In this document: positions 1 through 10,145 of the stretch, piece after piece
Numbering within the stretch: the stretch's first letter is position 1
Layout of the letters: each line of letters starts with the position of its first letter
IMG/VR virus record: IMGVR_UViG_2684622669_000016
Coordinates: 1 to 38,086 of that record
Origin: a virus
Taxonomy: Duplodnaviria > Heunggongvirae > Uroviricota > Caudoviricetes
Length of the DNA stretch: 38,086 bases
Direction: 5' to 3' (one strand)
Made by a program: the position numbers and the translations under genes
The notes under the pieces: model-generated
The model's database searches: none
The model's input: the letters and a program-made list of their open reading frames with translations, nothing else
Told to the model about the DNA's origin: nothing

Positions 1-258
1 ATGCAAACCGTTATTTTTGGGCGCCCGGGATGTCCTTACTGCGTGCGAGCGAAAGATCTGGCAGAGCAGTTGAGCAACGAACGTGATGATTTTCAGTATC
101 AGTATGTTGATATTCGTGCTGAAGGGATCACTAAAGAAGATTTGCAGCAGAAAGCCGGGAAGCCTGTAGAAACCGTGCCGCAGATTTTTGTCGATCAGCA
201 ACACATTGGCGGCTATACCGATTTTGCCGCATGGGTGAAAGAGAATCTTGACGCCTGA
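1..258 (+). CDS. grxA: glutaredoxin 1
   Basis: 85-aa ORF with the CPYC active-site motif (GRPGCPYCVRAK); matches E. coli GrxA as recalled. Confidence 0.93.
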   Translation: MQTVIFGRPGCPYCVRAKDLAEQLSNERDDFQYQYVDIRAEGITKEDLQQKAGKPVETVPQIFVDQQHIGGYTDFAAWVKENLDA

Positions 259-267
259 TCGCCGGAT

Positions 268-302
268 AAGCCCTCTCTGTTTGAGGGCTTTATTGATTTT
301 TT
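268..302. terminator. hairpin plus T-tract between convergent grxA and ybjM
   Basis: Perfect 8-bp stem aagccctc (268-275) / gagggctt (283-290), followed by a T-rich run to 302. Confidence 0.45.
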
Positions 303-667
303 CTGTGATGTGGCTTGAACAGATTGCTGATAAATAAGAAGCACAACGCTCCCAGCGCACACCAGAAGACTGCACTTAATAACCACGCCAGCTCCTGCCA
401 AAATGAGCGGGTGGGAGAAAAAAACAGTCGCATAATTAACATCGAGCACGGTGCTGCCAGCATTGCACCAAACAGCGGTTTAAGAACTTCTCTACGCTGT
501 GAAAAAAAGCTGGCAACCGCTCCAGGAAGAATGAAAAACAGCAGACCGATTTCAGGGTGCCCGGCAGCCCGAAAAGCGCCTTTCATATGCGTCGCCAGAA
601 AGAGGCACACCACAATGAAAAGGACAAAACAGCAGATTGCCCCCGCCCAACGTTGTTTATGTTTCAC
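290..667 (-). CDS. ybjM: small inner-membrane protein YbjM
   Basis: 125-aa hydrophobic ORF, convergent with grxA; length and sequence match the ybjM gene that neighbours grxA and ybjL in E. coli. Confidence 0.75.
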   Translation of the reverse strand: MKHKQRWAGAICCFVLFIVVCLFLATHMKGAFRAAGHPEIGLLFFILPGAVASFFSQRREVLKPLFGAMLAAPCSMLIMRLFFSPTRSFWQELAWLLSAVFWCALGALCFLFISNLFKPHHRKNQ

Positions 668-935
668 TCGTTCCTCCTGACACTGCGTCTATCGAACACA
701 TTTTTCGCCAGTGTGGCGTTCAGTAAGATAAAGCCGCTTCGCATTCCATGCTAATATAGGCCAACGCAATTCTTATAGCCGCTGGTACCTAATGTGATTA
801 CACTAGTAAAATATATTGTTGCTTTACTATCGTTTAGGTGCGCTGAATGAATTTGCGCCCTGAGTTCTGGTAAAAACATTATCGTAAATTACCATTTCTT
901 TCAACAGCTTACTCGTAAACAAGAAGTTAGTCTCC

Positions 936-2621
936 GTGAATATAAACGTCGCCGAATTGTTAAATGGGAATTACATTCTGTTATTATTTGTGGTCCTCGC
1001 GCTTGGGCTGTGTCTCGGGAAATTACGACTTGGCTCAATCCAACTGGGTAATTCCATTGGCGTTTTGGTCGTATCGCTGTTATTAGGCCAACAACATTTC
1101 AGCATTAACACCGACGCACTGAATCTTGGTTTTATGCTGTTTATTTTCTGCGTCGGGGTCGAAGCCGGACCCAACTTTTTTTCCATTTTTTTTCGCGATG
1201 GGAAAAATTATCTAATGTTAGCCCTGGTAATGGTCGGCAGTGCGCTGCTGATCGCCTTAGGGCTGGGTAAGCTGTTTGGCTGGGACATCGGCCTGACAGC
1301 CGGGATGTTAGCTGGCTCCATGACTTCAACACCAGTTCTGGTTGGTGCCGGCGATACGTTACGCCATTCTGGTATGGAAAGCAGGCAGCTCTCTCTGGCA
1401 CTGGATAATCTTAGCCTCGGGTATGCGTTAACCTATTTAATTGGTCTGGTCAGTCTGATTGTCGGCGCGCGTTATTTACCGAAGTTGCAGCATCAGGACT
1501 TGCAGACCAGTGCTCAACAGATCGCCCGTGAACGAGGTCTGGACACCGACGCCAGCCGTAAAGTCTATTTACCAGTCATCCGCGCCTACCGTGTCGGCCC
1601 GGAGCTGGTTGCATGGACCGACGGCAAAAATCTACGAGAACTGGGCATCTATCGGCAAACGGGTTGCTATATCGAGCGTATCCGCCGTAATGGGATTCTG
1701 GCGAACCCGGATGGCGATGCCGTGCTGCAAATGGGTGATGAAATTGCGTTGGTCGGTTACCCTGACGCCCACGCCCGACTCGATCCCAGCTTCCGTAACG
1801 GTAAAGAAGTTTTTGATCGTGACCTTCTCGATATGCGTATCGTCACTGAAGAGGTAGTAGTTAAAAACCATAACGCCGTTGGTAAACGTCTGGCGCAATT
1901 GAAATTGACCGATCACGGTTGCTTCCTTAACCGCGTCATCCGCAGCCAGATAGAGATGCCAATCGATGATAACGTGGTGCTTAATAAAGGTGACGTGTTG
2001 CAAGTCAGTGGTGATGCCCGTCGCGTGAAAACCATCGCCGATCGCATTGGCTTTATCTCAATTCACAGCCAGGTTACCGATTTGCTGGCATTCTGCGCAT
2101 TCTTTGTCATTGGTCTGATGATTGGGATGATCACTTTCCAGTTCAGTACATTTAGCTTTGGCATGGGTAATGCTGCCGGATTGTTATTTGCCGGTATTAT
2201 GCTGGGCTTTATGCGCGCCAACCATCCTACCTTCGGCTACATTCCGCAGGGTGCCTTAAGCATGGTGAAAGAGTTCGGTTTGATGGTGTTTATGGCAGGC
2301 GTTGGTTTAAGCGCCGGTAGCGGCATCAATAACGGCCTTGGTGCAATTGGCGGTCAAATGCTGATTGCCGGATTGATTGTCAGTCTGGTGCCAGTGGTTA
2401 TCTGCTTCCTGTTCGGTGCTTACGTACTGCGTATGAACCGCGCGCTGTTATTCGGCGCAATGATGGGAGCACGTACTTGCGCTCCGGCAATGGAGATTAT
2501 CAGCGATACTGCGCGCAGTAATATCCCGGCGCTGGGCTATGCAGGTACCTATGCAATAGCTAACGTGCTACTGACGCTGGCGGGGACAATCATTGTAATG
2601 GTGTGGCCAGGACTCGGATAA
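936..2621 (+). CDS. ybjL: putative transporter YbjL (duplicated membrane domains around cytoplasmic TrkA-C-like domains)
   Basis: 561-aa ORF, hydrophobic N- and C-terminal halves with a soluble central region; matches E. coli YbjL as recalled. Confidence 0.9.
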   Translation: MNINVAELLNGNYILLLFVVLALGLCLGKLRLGSIQLGNSIGVLVVSLLLGQQHFSINTDALNLGFMLFIFCVGVEAGPNFFSIFFRDGKNYLMLALVMVGSALLIALGLGKLFGWDIGLTAGMLAGSMTSTPVLVGAGDTLRHSGMESRQLSLALDNLSLGYALTYLIGLVSLIVGARYLPKLQHQDLQTSAQQIARERGLDTDASRKVYLPVIRAYRVGPELVAWTDGKNLRELGIYRQTGCYIERIRRNGILANPDGDAVLQMGDEIALVGYPDAHARLDPSFRNGKEVFDRDLLDMRIVTEEVVVKNHNAVGKRLAQLKLTDHGCFLNRVIRSQIEMPIDDNVVLNKGDVLQVSGDARRVKTIADRIGFISIHSQVTDLLAFCAFFVIGLMIGMITFQFSTFSFGMGNAAGLLFAGIMLGFMRANHPTFGYIPQGALSMVKEFGLMVFMAGVGLSAGSGINNGLGAIGGQMLIAGLIVSLVPVVICFLFGAYVLRMNRALLFGAMMGARTCAPAMEIISDTARSNIPALGYAGTYAIANVLLTLAGTIIVMVWPGLG

Positions 2622-2733
2622 ACCTGAAGTTGCCCTGAGAATGAAATTTTTTTGCACAAGCGCAGAACTTTTCTTCGGGGCATCAGTCTTAATTAGTGCC
2701 ACTGCTTTTCTTTGATGTCCCCATTTTGTGGAG

Positions 2734-2776
2734 CCCATCAACCCCGCCATTTAGGTTCAAGGTTGATGGGTTTTTT
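2734..2776 (+). terminator. rho-independent terminator downstream of ybjL
   Basis: Perfect 10-bp stem cccatcaacc (2734-2743) / ggttgatggg (2761-2770) followed by TTTTTT (2771-2776). Confidence 0.55.
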
Positions 2777-2834
2777 GTTGCCTGAAATTTAAGCTATTTA
2801 AAATCATGATGTTAGAAACACTGTTTTTTAACGA

Positions 2835-2856
2835 TGGCGACAAAATGGCGGCAGCG
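2835..2856. repeat. left prophage attachment core (attL): tggcgacaaaatggcggcagcg
   Basis: 22-bp direct repeat of 38047-38068 (21/22 identical); lies between host ybjL and the first phage gene, ogr. Confidence 0.6.
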
Positions 2857-3075
2857 TCAAAGAGAGAGCGCCACCTGTCCTGATTTCATTGGATGCGGCT
2901 GAACCGGATTTGACTCTTTTGGCGTTGCAATCGAACGAACAAAAGTTTCATGGGTAACAAAAGTATGGCTGCAGTTAATGTTCTGGCACTGGTTGTAACG
3001 CTCTTTGGTCAATGAAGATACCTGAAAACTGCTGCGAGTATGGGCGGCACTTCCACACAGTGGGCAAATCATCAT
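2857..3075 (-). CDS. ogr: late-gene transcription activator Ogr (186 B equivalent), C4 zinc finger
   Basis: 72 aa from the internal ATG at 3075 (MMICPLCGSAAHTRSS...CQNINCSHTF); Cys-x2-Cys...Cys-x4-Cys pattern and position after D as in P2. Confidence 0.8.
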   Translation of the reverse strand: MMICPLCGSAAHTRSSFQVSSLTKERYNQCQNINCSHTFVTHETFVRSIATPKESNPVQPHPMKSGQVALSL

Positions 3076-3165
3076 TTTTCGAGTTCTCCCCATTTTTGCT
3101 AAATTCACAATAATGATACCGCATTATTCCATTTTGCAAACTTAAAAGTTCTCCATTGCGAAGAA

Positions 3166-4266
3166 TCATTCCATTTCGAAATCATCAATCCTCACTTCAA
3201 GCTCCAGACTGGTCGTGAAACCATTATCCGGGCTGACAGTATGTGTCAGGGTGGTAATGGTCCATTCCGCATCATCTATCGGCTGTTTAAAGCCACTGAC
3301 TTTCACTGGCATTTCCGTGTAGAGATCTGCCCGACCTTCCGCCAGTTGTAGCGAGAATGTCGCAACACCGCGTTGCAGGCGTTCCCACTGCATTTTCGCC
3401 GCTCGTTCGGCGTTGCTCCGGTTGGCATAAGTGCGATTAAGTACCAGCACGTTTTCATCCGTACCCACCAGGTAATCGCCCTGCTTCGCTTCCGGCTCTT
3501 TCTTCTGCTTCTTAGTCCTGCGCTTACGCTTCACCGTGGTGCTTTCTTTCTTCTCGGGTTCGCGGGTATGCAACCAGCTGGCAATTACGCCCGTGTAGGC
3601 TCCGCGATCTGCCAGGGTAAAGCGGTGACTGTCGCCGTCCTTACGTGTGATAGTGATAACCGGTAGTGGTTTACCGCTGGCGCTTTTGCCCTGTCCCTGC
3701 CGAATGAATAACAGATTGCCATTTTTCACCGACGCAATAGCACCGTACTGGCGCGCCAGCCGCATCAAAAAACTGCCGTCACTTTCATTGGTCTGGTCTA
3801 TATGATCCACGGGTTTATTCGACAGGTCTTTACCCAGTGCCATCTTCAGTTTGTGCCGCGCGGCTATTTCCTTCACCACTTCCCCGACTGTGGTCTTGTG
3901 CCACGACTTTTCACGGCGGGTATTCAGCGTTTCACGAAAATCAGCACTTCGCGCCCGGATAGTCAGGCGATCCGGTGCGCCAGTGTGTTCAATCTCGTCC
4001 ACCGTGAATGCCCCTTTCGGGAAAAGCGGCTGCCCCTTCCAGCCCAGCGCCAGCGTAATGACCGCACCACGGCGCGGCAGCGCGATTTTTCCGTCGGCGT
4101 CGTCCAGTTCCAGATCAAGCTGGTCTGCTTCAAAGCCCCGGTTATCCGTCAACGTCAGCCCCATCAGGCGGTTGTCCAGCACAGTGGTGATATCCCTGCC
4201 CTCAATACTGATGCTGAATGCCGGAGTTTTGTTGCCTTTGTTAAGCAGTTCAGAGCTGAAATTCAC
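3166..4266 (-). CDS. D: tail protein D (late control gene D)
   Basis: 366 aa; N-terminus and overall pattern resemble P2 gpD; position at the end of the tail operon. Confidence 0.9.
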   Translation of the reverse strand: MNFSSELLNKGNKTPAFSISIEGRDITTVLDNRLMGLTLTDNRGFEADQLDLELDDADGKIALPRRGAVITLALGWKGQPLFPKGAFTVDEIEHTGAPDRLTIRARSADFRETLNTRREKSWHKTTVGEVVKEIAARHKLKMALGKDLSNKPVDHIDQTNESDGSFLMRLARQYGAIASVKNGNLLFIRQGQGKSASGKPLPVITITRKDGDSHRFTLADRGAYTGVIASWLHTREPEKKESTTVKRKRRTKKQKKEPEAKQGDYLVGTDENVLVLNRTYANRSNAERAAKMQWERLQRGVATFSLQLAEGRADLYTEMPVKVSGFKQPIDDAEWTITTLTHTVSPDNGFTTSLELEVRIDDFEME

Positions 4267-4748
4267 GACAGCAGCCCTCCCACCGTTTTACTGATATCAC
4301 TTAAGGCAGATGTTGCCGTGTCCTGCAGATTATTCAGTTGCGTACTGAGATCACCGAACATATCGGACAGGGATTCATCCACCCGTTTGAGCGACAAGGT
4401 GAACTCAATCCGGCGCGGCATACCGTCGCGGAAAAACTCCGTTTTAGTCTGATTCAGTCCCCCAATCACATACATGCCGTAAATCGTGCCGCTGCCTTCA
4501 ATCAGAGGCCATGCTTTCCCCTGTTCTGCCATCTGCTCCAGTGCCAGCAACGACAGCCTGCCGCCTGTTATCTCCGGCATAAGAACACCAGAAAGCGTCA
4601 GCATGTCATTGTCCGGTCCCAGAAACTGCGTTGACGGGCGTCGGTTAACCCGGCTGTTAGCCGCATGTCGCCAGCTGCGCTGATACTGCAGCTCCTGATA
4701 CGGCACGGTGCGCAGCATAAACACGTACAATCCCAGCACCATCATCAT
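4263..4748 (-). CDS. U: tail protein U
   Basis: 161 aa, resembles P2 gpU; start overlaps the T stop. Confidence 0.88.
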   Translation of the reverse strand: MMMVLGLYVFMLRTVPYQELQYQRSWRHAANSRVNRRPSTQFLGPDNDMLTLSGVLMPEITGGRLSLLALEQMAEQGKAWPLIEGSGTIYGMYVIGGLNQTKTEFFRDGMPRRIEFTLSLKRVDESLSDMFGDLSTQLNNLQDTATSALSDISKTVGGLLS

Positions 4749-7700
4749 GCGTCGTATCCCCCCTGATCGCTGTAGTTACTCCTGGCTTTTGCCTTCAGCC
4801 TGCGTTCACGTTCATCAAGCTGGCGGGCCACCTCCCGCGCAATATCCTGCGCACTTTGTCCTGGCTGCGTCTGAATGATGATCTGCGTCGGTGCCTCAAT
4901 CCGTTGAACAGGCGGCACAGCAGCTGCGCGACTCACCATCGCTTCACCGCCTTTCGCGGGAAGCGCCAAAGGATGCAACGGTGGAAGCTCTACTGGCGCG
5001 GCAGCAACGCCCATCATTCCGGCAACAACGGCAGCCAGTGCAGCTGTATTTCTCCGGCTGGTCACATTTGCCGGGCCATTAACAATTTCCGGCCCGTTTT
5101 CACCGACGATGCCAAACTGCCCGCGCGGGATATACCCGCCGCTGTCATACATCCCCGCAAAGCCATATCCCCATGACGGAAAACCACCTGATGGCATCAT
5201 CACTTTGCCGTCTGCATTCACTGTTGCGGGTTGCTGACGCGTCACGCTTTCCGGCAGTTTCGCCTTTGCAGCCTCTTTACTGATAATGCCGAGTTTCTCC
5301 AGCAACCAGGAAACGCCGGATTTCAGGGAGTCCAGCGGATGCATGACCATATTCAGCCCTTCCGCCAGTGCCTCCCCGAATCGTCGCCCCATTGCCGCTG
5401 CGCTCTGCAGTTCGGCAGAGGTCGACTTAACGGGCGTCAGCAGATCAGTAAACCAGCCCCACAGCGCCTGCACTTTGTCACCAATCCACTGAAACACGGG
5501 CTTAAGTGGTTCGAATGCGGCACTGATGGGACCTGCCGCCGCTTTGAATCCTTCCACCACGCCACCGAGAAATGCGGTGATGGGTTGCCAGTATTTCCAG
5601 ACAACCAGCGCCACGCCCGCCAGTGCAGTAACCACAAGACCTATCGGACTGAGCAGAGCACCTAACAGACCAGATATGGCATACAGGGCAACGCGCAGCA
5701 TCGCCAGCGGACCGGATGCCAGCACACGAAGCACCGCGCCTGCGGCAGCCAGTCCACCGCGCAGTACCGCCAGAGGATTCATAAACATCACAGCAACAGC
5801 ACGTAAACCGGATAATCCAGACCGCAACAGTGCAACCGGCACACCTGCTACAGTTTTCAGGACATTCCCCGTCAGTGATGCCGTGCGACGCAAAGACGAC
5901 AACGGAGCAGTAAGTAACCCCGCTGCGTTGCCCGATGAAGCAAGCCCGCGTCGCAGCAGTGCCAGTGGTGCGCCAGCCAGCCACGACAACGCGCTGCTGG
6001 TTCGTGTTACTGCTGCCGTAACGGAAGGTAACGTTTTGATACCCAGCACAGAGAATCCCAGACGGATCACTGCCAGCGGCCCCAGCACTGCAGCCAGCGC
6101 CACCGCTAAGGTGCCGAGGCCTACGGTAACCGCAGCCACAACAACCGCTACTTTCATCAGTGTGCCTGTCAGTTCCGGGTTAGCTTCCACCCAGCGGCGC
6201 AACGCTCCCGTGATGCTTTTCACCGTGTACAGAATATCCATCAGCGGCTGGCGCAGCGTTTCGCCCAGGCTGCTAAAGGTGTTCTGCGCTCCGGTTTTGA
6301 CCAGCAACCACTGAGCAGAAAGTGAGTCTTTGTTGATGTCGGATTCTTTCTGCATGGAACCGAGCGCATCATTGCCCGCTGTCAGTTTTAGCTGGCGCTG
6401 CAGTTCCGGAAGGTTGTTTGCCAGTTTCGCCGCGTCATCACCAAACTCTTTACCAAACAACATGGTCATGGCAGACAGACGCTTGTCCTGCGGCAGTGCG
6501 TTCACCTTCTCCAGCACACGCTGGATAGTTCCCATCGCATCCTTCGTCATCTGCTTTTCAATCACTTCAGGATTGAGTTTCAGCAGATTCATCCCTTCAA
6601 AGAAACTCTTGCTTTGCATGGTGGCAATGGACAATTCACGCACCATCGCGTTTGCTGCACTGGCTGCAACCTCCGGCGCAGCGCCCAGTGTCAGAAAGGT
6701 GGAACCCAGTGCCGCCGCTTTACGATAATCCAGACGGTCAGCCACACCGCCCAGACGTTGCATGACATCAATGATGTCCGCCCCTTTCGACATGGCGTTA
6801 TCATCCAGATAGTTCAGCGCATCGCCGAGCTGTTCAATATTGCGGGTAGGTATTTTGTAGAGCTGGGCGATTTTCCCCAGACTTTCTGACAGTTCATCCG
6901 CTGGCAGTTCAAAGGCTGTTGCCGCCTTTGCTGCCGTACTGGCGAAGGCCAGCAGGTCACGTTTCTGGTCTTCCCAGCTGTCGTCAGGGTTTGCGACGTT
7001 CATGCGCGCACCACCTTCAACCAGTGCAGCGAAGTCCACCGCACCGTTTTCCATCGGCAACTGTTCGCTGGCAGCCTTGATGGCATCCTGCATTTCATAA
7101 AAACGTGCAGTACGGTTTCCATTATCGTCACGCAGACCATTGACCTGCTTTGCCACACCTTTCATGGCATCTTCCATGCTGGTATAGCTTTTTACTGCCG
7201 CCATCACTGGCGTCCCCATTGCCAGCCCTGCAGCCGTGGTAGTGGCTCCGGCTCCTGCAATACGATCGCGCACCTCCAGCGAACGGGCATAACTGGCACG
7301 CGCCGCATTCATCCTGCGCTGAGCTTCACCCAGTCGCTTCAGCCGCGCCTCCTGTTTCGACAATTCCTGGTTATAACGTGATGTTTCACGGGCTAAACGG
7401 GCAGTTGCTCCCGCATCATCTTTCGCAGAAATTCCCGCCCGGTACAGTTCTGCACGCACAAGCGCCGTTTGCTTCTGCAAATATTTTTGTTGTTCTTCCA
7501 GGCGTTGGACTGCCAGCGTTTGCCGACCTAAAGCCACAAGGTGCCGTTGTGATGGTTGTTCCATCGCCTCCAGCTCAGAGCTAAGCAAATTAGCCTTCTG
7601 TCTGGCATAGTTCAGCCTGTCGCCTAACTTCTTGTTATCGGCCTGCAGCTTGCGAAATTTTTCCAGGCTGTTACCCGCCTGATTGAGTTGCTTTAATGCG

Positions 7701-7822
7701 TCACGGGAGTTTCTGATTGCACCAGCCAGCTCTTTCGAACTGGCCTGTGCAGTACGGAATGGGCGGGTGAGTTTGTCAACCGCATTAAGAATGACCTGCA
7801 GGCGCAGGTTGTTATCACTCAT
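4745..7822 (-). CDS. T: tail tape measure protein
   Basis: 1025 aa; coiled-coil N-terminal part, Gly/Ala-rich hydrophobic central segments, position between E/E' and U. Confidence 0.9.
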   Translation of the reverse strand: MSDNNLRLQVILNAVDKLTRPFRTAQASSKELAGAIRNSRDALKQLNQAGNSLEKFRKLQADNKKLGDRLNYARQKANLLSSELEAMEQPSQRHLVALGRQTLAVQRLEEQQKYLQKQTALVRAELYRAGISAKDDAGATARLARETSRYNQELSKQEARLKRLGEAQRRMNAARASYARSLEVRDRIAGAGATTTAAGLAMGTPVMAAVKSYTSMEDAMKGVAKQVNGLRDDNGNRTARFYEMQDAIKAASEQLPMENGAVDFAALVEGGARMNVANPDDSWEDQKRDLLAFASTAAKAATAFELPADELSESLGKIAQLYKIPTRNIEQLGDALNYLDDNAMSKGADIIDVMQRLGGVADRLDYRKAAALGSTFLTLGAAPEVAASAANAMVRELSIATMQSKSFFEGMNLLKLNPEVIEKQMTKDAMGTIQRVLEKVNALPQDKRLSAMTMLFGKEFGDDAAKLANNLPELQRQLKLTAGNDALGSMQKESDINKDSLSAQWLLVKTGAQNTFSSLGETLRQPLMDILYTVKSITGALRRWVEANPELTGTLMKVAVVVAAVTVGLGTLAVALAAVLGPLAVIRLGFSVLGIKTLPSVTAAVTRTSSALSWLAGAPLALLRRGLASSGNAAGLLTAPLSSLRRTASLTGNVLKTVAGVPVALLRSGLSGLRAVAVMFMNPLAVLRGGLAAAGAVLRVLASGPLAMLRVALYAISGLLGALLSPIGLVVTALAGVALVVWKYWQPITAFLGGVVEGFKAAAGPISAAFEPLKPVFQWIGDKVQALWGWFTDLLTPVKSTSAELQSAAAMGRRFGEALAEGLNMVMHPLDSLKSGVSWLLEKLGIISKEAAKAKLPESVTRQQPATVNADGKVMMPSGGFPSWGYGFAGMYDSGGYIPRGQFGIVGENGPEIVNGPANVTSRRNTAALAAVVAGMMGVAAAPVELPPLHPLALPAKGGEAMVSRAAAVPPVQRIEAPTQIIIQTQPGQSAQDIAREVARQLDERERRLKAKARSNYSDQGGYDA

Positions 7823-7994
7823 CGTTGGCCCCGCTTCTCTGAATCGCTTTATACCGCCATTCCAGCACTTCGGTCAGCGGCATAACGTCAGTAACGGATG
7901 GCGGCCAGTGAAAAATGGTGGCGATATCTGCCACCAGATCGTCAACCGTCAGGCTGTCGGTAAACCGGCAAGCACCGACTTCTTCAACAAAAAA
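7815..7994 (-). other. E' extension reached by -1 frameshift at T6G (7988-7994); E+E' fusion would span 7815-8251 (~145 aa)
   Basis: Slippery TTTTTTG on the minus strand; the -1 frame stays open to a TGA at 7815-7817, overlapping the T start codon at 7822. Confidence 0.6.
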
Positions 7995-8251
7995 GTGACA
8001 ACCTCAACCGACATGGCGGTGAGATCTGCCGGGTCCATCTCTGCAATTTCCTGTGCAGTCAGTGCCGGGCTGGAGATGCGGGGGATCACGGTCATCATCG
8101 CGTTCACATCCATATCCATAATGGCCTGCAGGCGTGTACCGCGCAGCGCACCGGACTGCGGTTTACGCAGCACAATTTCGGTGATTTCAGTTTTACCACG
8201 CATGATGGGGGTATCCAGTTGAATGGTCTTTTCAGTCTGCTTATCGCTCAT
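7949..8251 (-). CDS. E: tail assembly chaperone E
   Basis: 100 aa, ends ...VVTFLLKKSVLAGLPTA; contains a TTTTTTG slippery heptamer near its 3' end. Confidence 0.85.
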   Translation of the reverse strand: MSDKQTEKTIQLDTPIMRGKTEITEIVLRKPQSGALRGTRLQAIMDMDVNAMMTVIPRISSPALTAQEIAEMDPADLTAMSVEVVTFLLKKSVLAGLPTA

Positions 8252-8305
8252 TTTGCTGTCCTGTAAATTAGGTTCTGGCGCGGCATTCCGCGCCGTTCAG
8301 ATACA

Positions 8306-8821
8306 TCAGAGGCCGAGGGCGTTGCGGTGCGCTTCCATCAGGTCCACACCGTCCACAATTTCCACCATGTTGATAAGGTCCACTTCATAGAGCACCTCAC
8401 CATTGATAGTCAGCTTCGCGTAGCTGTTGGTACTGGTCACTTTAGTGGTGTTGCTTTCGCCCGTCTTCCACTCGCCGGAATCCACTTCTTTGTGACGTCC
8501 ACGCACCACAAGCTCCACGGCCTGCACTTCCCCGGTATCATCACGCTGGATAGAGCCGGTAAAGCGCAACTGGATGCCATCCACCGTGGCTTTGCCCATC
8601 TGCTTAAACAGCAGCAGCTCAGTACCACCAATGGAAAATTCTGTGTCCAGAGCACTGTCATCAAGCCCCAGATCCACATCCACCGCCCCCGGCATTCCGC
8701 CGCCGCGATACTTCTCATATTTGCGGGTGAATTTCGGCAGCGTCAGCGACTCAACGATCCCCTGCCAGTTGTTCCCGTCGTTAAACAGGTTCAGGTGTTT
8801 TAATTTGCGTGGTAAAGCCAT
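8306..8821 (-). CDS. FII: tail tube protein FII
   Basis: 171 aa; MALPRKLKHLNLF... resembles P2 gpFII. Confidence 0.9.
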   Translation of the reverse strand: MALPRKLKHLNLFNDGNNWQGIVESLTLPKFTRKYEKYRGGGMPGAVDVDLGLDDSALDTEFSIGGTELLLFKQMGKATVDGIQLRFTGSIQRDDTGEVQAVELVVRGRHKEVDSGEWKTGESNTTKVTSTNSYAKLTINGEVLYEVDLINMVEIVDGVDLMEAHRNALGL

Positions 8822-8830
8822 GTTGTCCCC

Positions 8831-10003
8831 TTACGCGCTGACCTGGCTGGAGAAATTCACCAGGTACTGATCGGTGATGCGCTGACGCAGCATCAGGTTT
8901 TCAAGTGGCGGCACTGGCGTGTAGTCGTAGTCGATGGTGAGCTTCCCGGCTTTCAGAGTATCTTTGTCGTTCACCGACTCATCCAGCCAGCAATCACCAC
9001 CAATGAGATAGCCCTGACTGACCAGGCTGCGCATTTTGGCGCGGATACCTTCGATAATGTCGCGGGCCAACGACGGGTTCAGCGGTTTGTCCACCGCCCA
9101 CATATGCGCTTCTGCCATTGTGTCCATAAGTACTTGCGCCGTGCGGGTGTAGTTTTCGAAGGCAAAGAGCGGGTCATCACTCAGGCAGCGGGAACCCCAG
9201 AAGCGGAAACCGTCTTTGCGGATAAGGGTGGTGACGTCGTTCTGGTTCAGCAGACCTGCATCGGTTGCCGTGTCCTGCAGATCCCAGAACACATCAGCAG
9301 AAATTCCGGTGACACCGTTAACGCCCACATTGGACAGGCTTTTGTGCCACCCAGTCTGCTCATCAATTTTTGCACGCAGACCAAGCGCACGGGCGGTGGC
9401 ATATGCCGTTGCTTCGGCATTCAGCACCGTGTCCCAGCCAGTAAAGTCGGGCCAGATCAGCATTCCTTCGCGCTGGCTGAAGTTTTCACGGTAAGTGATC
9501 GCCTCCTGCACCGTCTTGCAGCCATACGCTGACAGGTAAGCAAACCCACGCAGGCTTTGCGCCACACTCAGCAACTCAGTAGCAACGGCTTTGTTATCGT
9601 GACCTGGCACGCCGAGAATGCGCGGTTTAACGCCGAGCTGTGTCTGGGCAGATAACAGGGCTTTCATGCCTGTTTTTTTACCTTCAGCAGTCACTGCGCC
9701 GATGATATTGGTCGTGGTTTCTTCTTCCGTTTCACCCTGCGGCACACGCACAACAACGGTCACGGGTTTTGCCTGGTCAGCGATGGCATCCAGCGAACGG
9801 GCCAGCGTGCCGGACTCACCCGCTTTACCGCTGGCAGTCAGCACATCAGTGATCAGCACGGGTTTATTAAGAGGAAACATTTTTGCATCGGCATCATCGC
9901 CCGTGCAGACCATACCCACGATGGCGGTGCTCACCGTGGTAATGGATCGGGTGCCTTCGTTGATTTCAACAACGCGCACCCCGTGGTGGTAATCCTGAGC
10001 CAT
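8831..10003 (-). CDS. FI: contractile tail sheath protein FI
   Basis: 390 aa; resembles P2 gpFI. Confidence 0.9.
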   Translation of the reverse strand: MAQDYHHGVRVVEINEGTRSITTVSTAIVGMVCTGDDADAKMFPLNKPVLITDVLTASGKAGESGTLARSLDAIADQAKPVTVVVRVPQGETEEETTTNIIGAVTAEGKKTGMKALLSAQTQLGVKPRILGVPGHDNKAVATELLSVAQSLRGFAYLSAYGCKTVQEAITYRENFSQREGMLIWPDFTGWDTVLNAEATAYATARALGLRAKIDEQTGWHKSLSNVGVNGVTGISADVFWDLQDTATDAGLLNQNDVTTLIRKDGFRFWGSRCLSDDPLFAFENYTRTAQVLMDTMAEAHMWAVDKPLNPSLARDIIEGIRAKMRSLVSQGYLIGGDCWLDESVNDKDTLKAGKLTIDYDYTPVPPLENLMLRQRITDQYLVNFSSQVSA

Positions 10004-10079
10004 AGCGGCGAACCTCCTGATTGGATTAGGCTTCGCCCTATGTTGAAGTGATTGTGCCCGACAAACAGCTAAGTGTAGT

Positions 10080-10097
10080 TGTACCGTTATTCACACA
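10080..10097 (-). promoter_or_regulatory. late-promoter activator dyad (TGT-N12-ACA) upstream of the FI operon
   Basis: tgtaccgttattcacaca, about 85 bp upstream of the FI start; motif type used by Ogr/B-activated P2 late promoters. Confidence 0.5.
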
Positions 10098-10145
10098 AAA
10101 TGACGGTATTTGTCTGCTTTCAGGGATAATCAAAATAAAGCTGAT

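Noticed and set aside
2622-2834. Possible tRNA or sRNA integration target between ybjL and attL
   Set aside because: No cloverleaf-compatible arms or conserved tRNA boxes seen; the region holds a plain terminator hairpin. The att core may instead fall in a short host ORF or plain intergenic sequence, which cannot be settled without the right flank.
5526-6314. 262-aa plus-strand ORF (and neighbouring ORFs at 5231-5665 and 6330-6728) antisense to the tape measure gene
   Set aside because: Ala/Pro/Arg/Ser-rich low-complexity translations typical of shadow ORFs opposite a GC-rich gene; no SD; they lie wholly inside T.
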